A DNA stretch of 64,000 bases from Prorocentrum cordatum (GCA_963575745.1 CAUYUJ010000254.1:1-64000); one strand, 5' to 3'. Shown: positions 37,055 through 51,710, numbered from the stretch's first letter. Notes: generated from the letters alone by a model not told the origin. Program-made: numbers and translations.

Positions 37055-39760
37055 TCACGGCGCCGTTCCCACCCCGCTCCTCGGCCTCGAGCGCGTCCGC
37101 CGTGGCGCGCACGCGGCGGTGGCGGACGAGGCAGGCCGTCTTCTCGGCCTCGTGCGCCCGCGACCGCGCCTCGTCGGGGGCGCGGGCACGGTGGGCCGCC
37201 TCCGCGGCCGCCAGCTCAGCAGCGATACTGCCCTGGACGAGCCAGGGCGGGACCCCCCTGGCAAGTACCTGGCAAAGATGAGAGTTGACAAAGCTGTGGC
37301 TCCAATCCTGTGGCTGCAATCCTAGGTGCTTTACGTATGCTCATATACATCGGGCTTCCCCTGTGGCACGAATCCCCCCGTAGCCGTTTTGGCTGAAGAT
37401 GATTCTGGTCCGCGGTCTCCAAGCAGAGGCCGCTGGTCCGCGGACAGACCCCCCTGCGGGACTGCCGAGAGATGAGAGTTGACAAAGCGAGCAGGCAGCT
37501 GGGCAGGACGGTCGTGCAACCTTCTCCCCAGGGATCACCACAGGTCAGCATGTGGCCCAGTGGGCCGCTTGTGCATTCCAGAATGAAATCTCCGGGCCAC
37601 GGCTTCGTTACCAGTGGCGTAACAGACACAACCACGGGTGCACTCGGCAGCCAACAGTAGTGCTCTAAGTTCCCCTCGAGGTACGGACTGGGCCTTGCCC
37701 ACCAGGGGCCCGCTCACCGACGATCGGATACGGCAAGGCTCGAACGAGTCGACTGCGACAATGGCCAGACCAACACGAGTGACTCTGTGATCCCCTGCAT
37801 TGCTGCCTCCGCTGGCATCGCCGAAAACAATAATGGGTTCCAGAGCCGATCCCGATCCAAGGCGCCCCTCATGATCATTGTGCTGGCTGCCTCGAATCAG
37901 CCAGTCCTCTGCAGACGCGGGCGATGGCACTGCAGTCCATGCTGTAGGGATAAGTCCGCGTAGCCAAGAAACAGGCTTCCGCTTCGCCGCCTGCATACGC
38001 TGCTGACGTGAGCGACTCGGAGTCAGAATATGCTTTGCACCCACGGTTCTCAGAGCAGCCACAAATTCGATGGAACGGGGTCTCGGGTTCCACAAAACAG
38101 CGTGGGCATACGATTTCCTGCTTTCCTTCAATTGCTCATGTCGGCGGACTCTGGGCCAGGAACCGCCCGTGGCAACGGCAACGCGCAGCTCGCTTAAACG
38201 ATTGCCATGCGGAGCGACCGGCAGCTGTTTTAGCAAGCGACTTAGTGAGGAAGTGTCGACCCCTATTGCACTCCCTCGCCAGAATCATGCTGGGCCGCGT
38301 TTTTCCAAAGTTGGTGCTGGATGGAAAGATCGAAGTCATCCAAGAGGGCTCCTGGGTTATCGTCGATCAAGTTTCCAGCAAGCTCCGAAGACGGGAAACG
38401 CCAGGCTGCAATATCTCCGCATCCTTGAGCTGGGGCATTCCAGTGGGAGGGCTCGACGGGGTCCCAACCAGCCTGAATCAAGTACAACATGGCCGCTCCC
38501 GTCGGGCCCCGAACGCATCTGGATCTCTGGCTCTCGGGGGTGCGGCGAAAACGTTCGAGATCTAATCGACGGCAGCGAAAGCCACTGGCGAAGCGAGGTC
38601 GAGACAAGCTCGCGGCAGCGTGCGTTTTTGTTTTTTTGTTTTTTTGTTTTTGTTTTGTTTTTTGTTTTATATATATATATATAGGGCAGCGAATATTTAG
38701 TAGAGTGGTTAAGCAGCGCCCTTTCTTCCCCGTTCCACATGCTGCTCCTAAGTGCCGTCGTGCTCCCGTCATGGCGGCGCCGAAAACGCCGTGTATTCGA
38801 TGCCTATTCAGCTGGGCCGTAAGGGTGCCCACCCGCGTCAGTTTACTCGTAACACTGTACCGTCGAGCTGCACGAGCAAAACCAACAACCTTCCGATGCA
38901 TAGCCTTGCCCTTTACCACCCGTTTGGTACGAGTTTGACGAGCGTGACGGGTACCACCTCGCAAATCCACCCCGAGGTAGCCGGCTTGAGATTGAGATTG
39001 GATTTCAAAACCAGCAGCCTGAAGTTTCTGAGAGATGTGCTTCGCATCGGCAATGTTGGAATATCAGATAATACTCTTCGGTGAGACAGTCAAATATTCA
39101 CGCTGCAAAGCATGACAAGTGTCCAGAAGCCCTGCCAACAGGGCTCTTCGCAGCTGACGGCGGGACGCAAGCACACGCTGGGACAGGTCATCAATCCAGA
39201 TCCTCGAACCCGTATTTGGATGTGCCGTGGTGATCTTTGATAGTGTAACATATGTCAGGCACCTTACGAAACGGGTTCCACGTCGTAACCCCTGCACAGT
39301 GCTCCTCGTCGGTTGTATGGATTTGGCAAAAGCTCCGCTTTGACCTACAGTCCGAGGCATCAAGCACAGTGTCAGTTAAAAAAAAAACATAACCACGGGT
39401 GGACAACCAAGTCGCGTCGCTGCGGGCATTAGCAGATACCATTCCATCGCACCGTAGAACCTCTGGATGTCCAGGAGTCCATGGCCCGAGGGAATCCCCC
39501 AGACTCCAGAAATTTTCTCTTCGCAAACTCTCATAACAGCTTCACGTAAAGCAGCGTTTCCCTACATCGCAGCATCCCACATGGGCTCAGATTCCGTGGT
39601 CCAAGTCTTAATCAGTGGTTCGCGTGTAAGACTCCAGATTCTCACCATCATCGTGAGTAACCATATGACCCTGTCGCCAGGGGCTTTCTTTGGAATCGTT
39701 CTCCCTATAGTTAGGCCCAATTGAGGGTCTCCTCAATGAAACTATACCATTGCGACAGTT
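37055..39760 (-). mobile_element. Degenerate non-LTR retroelement: reverse transcriptase + RNase H
   Basis: Minus-strand RT motifs: WDAA..GNAALR (~39545-39580), IQPTRSTVQG...G, RIWIDDL (WIDD 39187-39198). RNase H: VFGDASGG, SGPLVGKAQSVPRGELRALL, HADLW (37535-37835), FVNSHL. Stops, frameshifts and an AT-rich insertion at ~38600-38682. Confidence 0.85.
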
Positions 39761-40750
39761 CTGCGAGCGCAGCGTCCGGCATCCGCTCGACGTCCGTCGG
39801 GGACAAAACATCTACCCCCATCCCTGCTCGGGGGCGCATAGCGTGGGCAGCCTGACGACTCTCTGAAACCGTGAGTGTCCAGGGGATCCTGACGGGCCTC
39901 TTCTCGAGCTTTTGCTAAGGCTTCCAGAATTTTGGTTTCTTGTAAAGGTCCAGGGGCCCAGAGATCTCGAACAACTTTGGAGGGGGGAGGGAGGGAGGGA
40001 GGGCGTAGGGAGGGAGGGAGGAAGGAGGGAAGGAGTGAGGGAGGAGGAGGAAGAGGAGGACTTGGAACTTCGTGGGGGCCTCTTGGGTCTCTTGGGGCCT
40101 CTTGGGGCCTCTTGGGGTTGTCTTGGAGGCCTCTTGGGTTGTTTTTAGGCCGTCGGGAGTCTTCAAAGCTGGCAACGCTGTAATCATTCAAACGCCAACA
40201 ATGACCAATGCATGCGGCCTCTTGGGGGCCACGTGGAGTGCCTTTTGGAGCCATCTTGGGTCGCCTTCGAAGCTTCTTATAGCTGTGTTGATGCAGTCTT
40301 AGACCGTCTTGGGCGGTCTTGGGCCATCTTGGATCCATCTTCGACCCGCCTGGCGCCAGCTGGGCCGTCGTGGAGGCGTCTGGGGACCGTCTTGGAGTCC
40401 GTTTTGGACCATCCTGGATCGATCTCATGTGGGAAAGGCGACAGGAGCCGGTTTTTGCGAGCGCTGCCGGGTGGCTGGCGCGTCGAGCCAGATGGCATTG
40501 GGAAACTTTCGGAAGGGTCCCGAACGTATTCGAAAACTCGGTGCGCCTAGCGCTCCTGTGCAAGCAAAAGCGGGGGTGGCGGATCCGGATGCCTTCGGCC
40601 CATCCCGTCGCCTGGCCTGGACCGTGGACCATAAGTTAGGCCTCGTGGGTGCTCTTGAGGTCTCTCGGGGGGTCTTCTCCCCCCGACGCCCCGCGAACCT
40701 CTACGCGATCCACCCCCCCTCACGCTCATTGAACAGCTCTTAGTACTCAG

Positions 40751-42568
40751 TGCCGACGGCACGGTGGCGGATCTCTGGGGAGAGATCATCAGCTTCGTGA
40801 GGAGGTCGGCCGCTGCGTGCGAGGCCGGGCCGCGGTCTTGGGTCCAGGCAGCGCTCGCCTCCGCCGCATTCGGGCTGGCCTCCGTGGGTGTCGCTCACGC
40901 GGCCGCGAGCAGGCGGGTGTCCGCTCCGCTGGCGGGCGGCTACTGGCTGGCCCGGGCGCTGGCGCTGCGATGGCTGTGCGCCGTGTACCTGGTCGCCTTC
41001 CTGGTTGCCTTCCGCCAGAACCGCGCCCTGGTGGGCGACAGGGGGCTGCTGCCCGCCCGGCGGCTGCTCCGCCGCGCCGAGGCCGTGGCGGAGACCGTCG
41101 TGCTGCAGGGTGGGCCTGGCACCGGCTGGGAGGCAAAGGTGCGCCGGGCCTGCGCCCGGATCGAGCGGCTGCCAACGCTGCTCTGGTTGGCCGGGGACCG
41201 GGCGTCGCTGAACCGTTGGCTGGACGCGCTGGCGCTGAGCGGCGCGGCGCTGGCTGGCGTGGCCCTTGTGAGGGGTGGGGCGTCTGCGTGGCACCTGCTC
41301 GGGCTCTGGGTGCTCTACCACTCCATCAACGCCGTTGGCCAGCGCTGGTACTCTTTCGGCTGGGAGAGCCAGCTGCTCGAGACGGGGATGCTGGCGGTGC
41401 TGGCTGCGCCGGCGGGGCTGATGGGCTGCTCCTCCCCAGGGTCACTGCTGCCGGCTGGCGCGGCGCCACCGCTCGTCGCATCTCTGGCTTTCCGGTGGCT
41501 GGCCTTCCGTATCATGCTCGGGGCTGGGCTGATAAAGGCCAGGGGTGCCAAGTGCTGGCTGGACCTGACCGCGATGTGCCATCATATCGAGACGCAACCG
41601 ATCCCCAATCCGTGGTCGCGTGCATTCCACACCTTGCCGCGTCCTGCGCTGCTCTTTATGACTGCCTGCAATCATGTCATCGAGCTGGTCGCACCGTGGC
41701 TACTGCTGGTGCCCTGGACGCCCGCCCAGGCCACATTTGGCGCCGCCCACATAGTCTTCCAGTTCTCCCTGATCCTCACAGGCAACCTGTCTTTTCTGAA
41801 TTGGCTTACCATTGTGCCAGGGCTCTGGTGCTTCGACGACGCCACCCTGGTTGGGCTTCTTCCCCAGGCCACCGCCGAGCAAGCTGCCGCCGCGGTCGCC
41901 GCGGCGCGCGCCGCCAGCGACCAGCCATGGCTCTGCACGAGCTCGGTGGCGGGGACGCTGCGCAGTTGCGCGGCGGTCGCGGCCATTGCCTGGCTGTCCG
42001 TGCCTGTGTACAACAACCTCCTGGGGCCCCGCGGCGGCGGCAAGCAGCGGATGAACTCTGGCTTCGAGAGGAGGGTGACCGTCCCAGCGTGGCTCCTGAG
42101 GCTCGGCCTGGTGCCCGCCACTGTGAGCACGCCTGGGCGCAGAGCCGAGGACGGCGAGCAGGCCGAGCTCGCCCAGAAGAGGCGGCGGCTGGAGGGCGGA
42201 CCGGCTGAGCTGAGCGTGGACCTCTGCAGCCTGCGACTGCTGAACACCTACGGCGCCTTCGGCTCCGTGAACCTGGAGCGCGTCGAGATCGTCTTCGAGG
42301 GCTCCCGTGACGGCATCGCCTGGCTCCCTTACACGTTCAAGGCAGCGGTGGACGACCCGATGAAGAGGCCCAGGTGGCTCTCTCCGTACCACCTGCGCCT
42401 CGACTGGTGCCGCTGGATCGCGTCCTGCCGTGGCCGGCGCTCGAGCGGCCTCCAGGAGCCCTGGGCTCTGGCGTTCGTCCGCGCGCTGCTGGAGGGCGAC
42501 GCGGAGGTCAGGGCGCTACTGGCCAGGGGCGGCGACCCCTTTGCCTCCGGGGCCCCTCTCGGCAACGC
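40751..42568 (+). CDS. LMF1: Lipase maturation factor (LMF1 family), large exon
   Basis: Uninterrupted ~600-aa frame with LMF hallmarks: YLVAF...QNRALVGDRGLLP, WYSFGWESQLLETG, RWLAFRIMLGAGLIK, TAM..H.ETQPIPNP, NHVIEL, LTGNLSFLNWLTIVP, NTYGAFGSV..ER.E...EG, PRWLSPYHLRLDW. No in-frame ATG near the start. Putative acceptor CTCAG at 40746-40750; putative donor GT at 42569 (or GC at 42552). Confidence 0.9.
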
Positions 42569-42908
42569 GTAAGGGTGACCCTTCGTTGGAGTGCTCTCTG
42601 GTGCTTGGTACGATCGAGATAGGTACGAAAATAATAGTTGAGAAGATCGACAGCCGTTCCTGTTCACTCTGGACCGGACTCGCTGTCGGTGTCGCCGCGG
42701 AGGGTATCCATTTGAGACACAAGGTCGCCTGCCCAACAGCGGCCATTGTCGGATTTGGACAAGGCTTATTGTTGGATATCGTATCCATTTGTTCCGTGCC
42801 CCTTCCAGGCGTGCAGGAATGCGGGACCACAGGGATCACCCCGGCACCGGCCTGACGCGGCCACCATTGCTGGCCCCGGAAAGCCGCGCCCCAAGTGTCA
42901 CCCTTGTT

Positions 42909-43395
42909 CTTCCCAACCATCCTGTGGTGTTGGGTCTTCGTTTTGAAGAGACGGTCCCCGCGTTCTCCTCCTCCTCCTCCTCCTCCTCCTCCTCCTCCTC
43001 CTTCCTTCCTTCTTCCTCCTCCCCCTCCTCCCCCCTCCCTGCGTTTCACCCACCCAGTACAGCGTTTCGTGGCCCCATAGGGAGCTCCACCGAAGGCCCC
43101 AGTGCCACCGCCCGCATGGTGCCGCCGCCCCATTTCGGCACACCCCTCACACGTTTCGTGGCCCCGTAGGGAGCTCCACCGAAGGCCCCAGTGCCACCGC
43201 CCGCATGGCGCCGCCGCCCCATTTCGGCACACCCCTCACACGTTTCGTGGCCCCATAGGGAGCTCCACCTAAGGTCACAGAGGCGCAGCCCGCATGGCGC
43301 CGCCGCCCCATTTCGGCACACCCCTCACACGTTTCGTGGCCCTATAGGGAGCTCCATCTAAGGTCCCAGTGGCGCAGCCCGCATGGCGGCGCATC
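42909..43395 (-). repeat. Family-A satellite element (89-bp units) with purine tract and hairpin terminus, inside the LMF1 intron
   Basis: TTCGTGGCCCC at 89-bp spacing. On the minus strand the terminus reads GACCGTCTCTTCAAAACGAAGACCCAACACCACAGGATGGTTGGGAA. Confidence 0.85.
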
Positions 43396-43594
43396 CCGGG
43401 CGGGAGCCAGCCTGCTCGCTCGCTTTGCTCCGCGCAGCGGACGACCCGCGCGCGTCGCCGGGACCCCTTCGGGGCGAGCAGCGCGCGTCGCGGGGACTCC
43501 GCGCGGCGCCGCGCCCGCGGCCTTGGACGTGGGCGTGCACGGGCAAAGAGGAGCGGGAGGATCGGGCCTGCGCGTGCCTCCATGGGCCTCGAGG

Positions 43595-43820
43595 TTCTCG
43601 CGCTCGCCCTCCGCGAGCCGAGTATATCCCTCAATGCACGAAGCTGTGGGCAGTGGGCCGTCCACGCATGCCAGGTGGAGCCATTTTTTGCCCGCGTGGG
43701 ACGTCGAGCCCGCGGGGCGGGCGATGGCTGCTGCGACTCGCCATTCTCCAGCTTCGAACTCCGCCATGCAGCGCGAGCACTGGGCCTGCCTGCCGCGGGC
43801 GGGCTGAATACTGACGCACC
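43595..43820 (-). pseudogene. PARP-type zinc-finger-like coding fragment (probably the 5' part of a mobile element)
   Basis: ORF 43342..43893(-) contains IQPARGRQAQCSRC...FEAGEWR...KKWLHLAC...CIEGYTRL, matching the CxxC...W.HxxC...G(F/Y)..L pattern of zf-PARP. Confidence 0.6.
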
Positions 43821-44221
43821 AGCGGGTGGTTCTGCCTCCCGTTGGGCGGCGGCGCCGCCGTGTGGGCTGGCCTTCGGCGTCGCGCATGGGCACGTCGGCC
43901 GCGGCGCTCCCCGCGGTGTTGGCCTCCGCGGCGCCAGCGTCAAGAGCGCGCGGGGCTACCCCGGCGCTCTCGACGCTGGCCGCGGTGGCAGCAGCACGTG
44001 CCCGTTCGGTGTTGCCGCAGAATTAGTCCCAGCCACGCGTTCACCAGCTCCTGCGTCCGCGGCGCCGCCAGCGGCCGCCGCCATGTCCCGGGACCTCCCT
44101 TCAGGGGCGAGAAAAGGTGTATGTAAAGGGAACCACGTGGAAAGATGGTGGCTGCCACCCGCAGTTTGAGGGTAGTAGTACACCCCCACCCGCAGTCTCC
44201 CCAGAGCCTCGGAGGGACGAC

Positions 44222-45160
<939 letters not shown>

Positions 45161-45611
45161 TTCCTTATTCGAATATACTCCTACTCCCCCCTCAGGCCGG
45201 CAGATAGGGGCCCCATCCGGGTGGTCCCATCCTAACCTGTAAACAACAATACAACATCAACATGTTTCTTTTTTTTTCCTCTCGACATGGACGTCCTGTC
45301 GTCCACGGCGATAATCCATTGCAACAAATACGACAAAGAGCACACGCGCGCGTTCATGTCAGAATCCTACCGAACACCGTGTGTTTGCAAGCATTTCAAC
45401 ATAATTACCCTGGCGACGTACCCAACCCCTGCGCAAAAGCGGGGCGCAAATAGTTTAGGATACTTTATAAGGGGGCGATGACGGAGCGAGGGTTGCATAT
45501 GTCTGCAGACGGAATTCGGGAGACTCGCAGGACACTGGCTACAGGAAAAGGGTTGATAAAGCTGATGATTTACAATTCCTGAGCACTCCTAGCCACTTCG
45601 AAAACGGGGAT

Positions 45612-46215
45612 CACAGCAGGCCTCGAAAGTGGCGACAGGTTTCAGTTTCGCAGATCGCAGCCCCCCAGGGATGGCGAGGTCTAATTTGAATCCGCCGTGG
45701 CCCTCACTGTGCTGGGCCCCCCAGCAGGCCTCGAAAGTGGCGACAGTTTCACAGATCGCAGCCCCCCAGGGATGGCGAGGTCTAATTTGATCCGCGCGAT
45801 TACCCTCTATGCTGGACCCCCAGCAGGCCTCGAAAGGTTTCACTCGCAGAAAGTGGGCGACAGTTTGGCGGACGTTTTCAGATTCGCAGCCCACCCCCCC
45901 CCCCCCCCCCCAGGGATGGCGAGGTCTAATTTGAATCTGCCGCGATTACCCTCTATGGTGAGCCCCCCAGCAGGCTTCGAAAATGGGGACAGTTTCACAG
46001 ATCGCAGCCCCCCAGGAATGGCGAGGTCTACTTTGGATCTGCCGCGATTACCCTCTATGCTGGACCCCCCAGCAGGCCTCGAAAGTGGCGACAGTTTCAC
46101 AGCCCCCCGCAGGCAAGACAGAAGAGGCAGGAAAGAGGCGGGAGGCGGGAGGAGGAAGGACGCGACCACACTGCTCTATTCAAAACGAATACCCAACCAA
46201 GGAGGGTTGGGAAAA
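45612..46215 (+). repeat. Minisatellite family D (~100-bp unit) ending in a purine tract and hairpin terminus
   Basis: CAGCAGGCCTCGAAAGTGGCGACAG recurs at ~45614, 45722, 45821, 45968, 46070. Ends with TTCAAAACGAATACCCAACCAAGGAGGGTTGGGAA. Confidence 0.85.
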
Positions 46216-46799
46216 ACATCAAAAACCCAATGTTTTTTTCACAAGAAATCTACAAATTTCCTGCCCGGGCTCTCTTGCTGAAATCATAGGAAAACCATAG
46301 GAATCTCAAGAATTCTGTCAAATCCAGCGATTTCACGTCATCGCGCGGTGCACTCGCGATGCTCTGTCATGCACCCAGGCCGCGAATCCTGTGCAAAAAA
46401 TACCACGCGGGCGACATGCGCGCGCGTCGCCGCGAACGCATGCTCAAATCCTTCTAGAGTCGTCGCCGTCATTGGCACCGTCGCATGGACGTCCTGTCGT
46501 CCACGTCGCAAAATGCATGGCAGGAATGGGACCCGGCTTACCGGGCCGTTCTCGACACGGCCACCTCTGGCTTCCTGCGGTGTACCGGGCCATTCTCGAC
46601 TCGTCTGGCAATGCGTGCGCGGCATTCAACACGCGCTCGCCAGTTCCCGTCGGCAACCGCCATCGCGGCCGCATCAGCTGTACCAAACCGGCTGGCCGGT
46701 GTGACTTCGGCCCCCAGTTGTGCCAGCTTTGCTTCTTATGTTGTGGGAGGGCGGGTGGGACTGGGCATGCCATGCTTGACTCGCTCGAGCTGGCTAGCT

Positions 46800-48160
<1,361 letters not shown>

Positions 48161-48605
48161 CTATTTCTATCACTCGTATCATTACTACTACTGCTACGAA
48201 TACTTTTGCTCATTGTCATTACGAATGCTATCACATATGCTCATATATATGTATTGTTGCCATTATTCTTTTTTTTTCTTGCTCTTCTCATCATAAACTA
48301 GCACTGTGACTTGTTATTGCCATTACTACCATCACTTATATCATAGTTTTCCATACTCGGATTAATTATATTATTATTCCTCCTTCTTCATCCTCCTTCC
48401 TCCTCCCCCCTTGCTCCTCCTCCTCCTCCTCATTCTCGCTCCTCGCTCCTCCTCGGTCCTTCTCGCTCCTCCTCCCCCTCCCCCTCCCCCTCCCCCTCCC
48501 CCTCCTCCTCCTCCTCCTCCTCCTCCTCCTCCTCCTCCTCCTCCTTCTCTGCCTGTCCTTCCGAGGCAGCCAGGCCCAGGGTCGCTCTCAACGTGTAGCC
48601 GACAG

Positions 48606-48819
48606 TCCGCGGCTCGTGCGGGCGGAGCTGTACCGGTACAGCTTTGCGCCGCCGCCGCGCACCGCCCAGGAGCCGTATTTCGGCGACTACAAAGTGTATG
48701 GTTACGCCGGGGTGTGGCTTGCGATCGGCACCGTTGGGGCCTGGGGGGCACGACGCTGTCCTCGTCGGGCCTCCTCGTTCCGCGGGAGAACTCAATCGAC
48801 GTCTCCGCGCGCCCCCTAG
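48606..48819 (+). CDS. LMF1: Probable C-terminal exon of the LMF1-family gene
   Basis: Frame reads PRLVRAELYRYSF, matching the LMF C-terminal P..VR...YRY.F motif that should follow GDPF. Preceded by a pyrimidine tract and AGs. Splicing GT 42569 to AG 48605, or GC 42552 to AG 48573/48579, is in frame. The 3' boundary is uncertain. Confidence 0.75.
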
Positions 48820-50239
48820 GTTGGCCCCTAGGATGTTCCCCAGGGTGCCGGTTGCAAAGCACACCCTTTGCAAACCACACCCTTTGGAGTCGCCGAGTAT
48901 TGGCTGCGGGAGCGCGTGGGCTGCTACCTGCCGCAGCTGGGCCTGGAGCGGGCGGCGTCCATCATGGCTGAGCTCGGCATGGTGGGCTGAGGGCGGCCCT
49001 CCTCGGGCGGCCCTCCTCGGGCGGCTAGCAAAAACACTCAACACATCTGATCCTCGATCCCTGATCCTCCCTCCCCCTCCCCCTCGCCTTTGGCCCTCCC
49101 CCATGCCCATCCCTTTCCCCCTCCCCCTCCCCTGCTCCTCTGATGGGGGCGGAGTGGGGGAGTCAGGGAGGGACAGCTCCTGCCCCCCTGACCTGGCCTG
49201 CTCCGACACCTCGGCTTGGTGCGTCTTGTCGGCACCACTTCTGCTCAGCCGCGACCTGCTGGCACCGACGAGGCCTGTGATTCTAAGTCTCAGCCCTCCT
49301 TTCTTCGGCATCACCCAAAAACACATGATCATACGATCGGCGTCAGCCCTAACATACTTATACTATGTGTGCGTCGCCCCCCCAACATGGGGCGACGCGC
49401 GCACCGAGAAGCCTTCTAGTATATGCGTCGTGGCGGGCGCTTTCTGGCCACACCGCAAGATGGGTACACTACCTGTGCGGGTCGGACGCGCGCCTCCACG
49501 GAGGACACATCGTACCAGTACGTCCCTTTGCGTCCCATACGAGACGTGTGCGTCGGCGCCCCCGGAGGTTGGGCGAGGCGCGCGCTCCGAAGAAGCTTCT
49601 GGTGTGCGTGTGTGTGTGTGTGTGTGCTCGGTGGCGGGCGCCTTCCAGCCACGTGCCGCCCGGTCGGCGACATCACTCCGGGGGCGGCAAAGAGGGGGGG
49701 GGTAATGACTGGGCGGGGGGGGGGTGGACATCATGGCGGGGGCCATGATGTCATGGCGCCTCTTCTTGTGTCAATCTGTCCCTGCCCCCCCCCCCCCCCC
49801 CGGGGCCGCGCACATGCCGCCGGCCATGATGTGCGCCCCCCCCCCTCTTGGACACCCCTCTCCTGGCCGCCCCCGATGTTCTCGCTGCGTGTTCGGCTCG
49901 GGTGTGCGCCTCCAAGGGGTGGCGCGCAGTACTGCAGCCCCCCCGGACAGAACTTGAGGGGAACACTCTCACTCCTGCCCCCGCCCGCCCCTGGCCCCCG
50001 ACGGCCCGAGGAACTGAGCTCGGCGGTCACGCCCGTCAACACTGGAAGGGGGACAGGGGGGGCTGCGGACCACATGGCCTCAGTGCGACCTCGCAGCTAT
50101 CCGAAGAATGCCACACATGGTCCCATGCCTGCTTCCAGCATTTTTCCCGGAAAGGTCTCCCCCCCGGTTTTGACGGCTGTAGGGCCGGCGAATTTCTTCT
50201 GCGATAAACAACGAGGTCGCGTAGGGCCGGCGAATTAAC

Positions 50240-50730
50240 ATTGGAGGATGTCTCGAGCGAAACGCTTGAAGCGAAACGCTGGTTTTGTAGAGTTGGCGGA
50301 TGTCTCGAGCGAAACGCTTGTTTTTCAGAATTCGTTGAGGATGTCTCGAGCGAAACGCTGGTTTTTGCAGAGTTGGGGGATGTCTCGAGCGGGGGCCTCG
50401 TGGGGGCCAGAATTCAGAGGATGTCTCAGGCGAAAAACTAGTTTTCACGTGCCTAGGTGGGCCAGGGGGGAATCCAACATGGTTGTCCGTCGCTGACGCC
50501 TCAGACGACCGCATCTTGGATACCCCCCCTGGGTGGGCTGGAACCGTGAGTTTTTACGTGTACAGGCCATCAGGGGGTATCTAACATGATGTTCCCGAGC
50601 TGCAATCACGTTTTTTCACGTGTCCAGCCCACCCAGGGGTGTATCTAACATGGTGGTCCCGAGCTGGAACCACGTGTTTTAACATGTTCAGGCCACCCAG
50701 GAGGGTATCTAACATGGTGGTCCTGCGCTG
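50240..50730 (+). repeat. GAGGATGTCTCGAGCGAAACGC repeats followed by a short family-C (63-bp) satellite
   Basis: Four or five copies at 50240-50430. GGGGTATCTAACATGGTGGTCCCGAGCTGGAACC monomers at 50520-50730. Confidence 0.8.
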
Positions 50731-50735
50731 GTTCT

Positions 50736-51710
50736 AGCTCGAGCTTCAGATCCAGATCAGTTCGGCCAGGACTCGTATGCAACGGAGGACTCGATCCACA
50801 ACGCTATAGAGCACAGTCGCGGCATGGCACATCGCAGTTCAGCACGGCGCAGCACAGCACAGCCCTCGGCACGGTACATCTAGATCGATACACTCACTCA
50901 GCATTGCAACCTGGCACGTTCTTTGGCACGTTCCGTGGCGCGTCCTGTGGCGAGTCCCCCTGGCACGTCGCGCGGCGCGTCGCCTGGCACGTCCCGTGGC
51001 ACGTCCATTGGCACGTTCCGTAGCGCGTTCCCTTGGCAAGTCCCGCGGTGCGTCCCCATGGCACGTCCCCTGGCACGTCGCCTGTCGCGTCCCTTGGAAC
51101 GTTCCGCGGCGCGTCTTCCTGGCATATTCCCCTGTCAATTAGCTCTGGGGCAGCTACTATGTGGACTATGTGCTGAGGCAGCTCGAGCTTAAGATCCAGA
51201 TCAGTTCGGTCAGGACTCGTATGCAATGGAGGACTCGATCCACAACGCTATAGAGCACAATCGCGGCATGGCACATCGCAGTTCAGCACGGCGCAGCACA
51301 GCACAGCCCTCGGCACAGTACATCAAGATCGATACACTCACTCAACATTGCAACCTGGCACGTTCCTTGGCACGTTCCGTGGCGCGTCCTGTGGCGAGTC
51401 CCCCTGGCACGTCCCGCGGTGCGTCCCCATGGCACGTTCCCTGGCACGTCGCCTGTCGCGTCCCTTGGAACGTTCCGCGGCGCGTCTTCCTGGCATGTTC
51501 CGCTGTTAATTAGCTCTGGGGCAGCTACTATGTGCTCACGCAGCTCGAGCTTAAGATCCAGATCAGTTCGGTCAGGACTTGTATGCAACGGAGGACTCGA
51601 TCCACAACGCTATAGAGCACAATCGCGGCATGGCACATCGCAGTTCAGCACGGCGCAGCACAGCACAGCCCTCGGCACGGTACATCTAGATCGATACACT
51701 CAGCATTGCA
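50736..51710 (+). repeat. Tandem triplication (444/362-bp periods) with internal TGGCACGT repeats
   Basis: AGCTCGAGCTT.AGATCCAGATCAGTTCGG at 50736, 51180, 51542. Confidence 0.9.

Noticed and set aside
40817..42392. Overlapping 463-aa and antisense ORFs over LMF1
   Set aside because: Shadow frames of GC-rich coding sequence.
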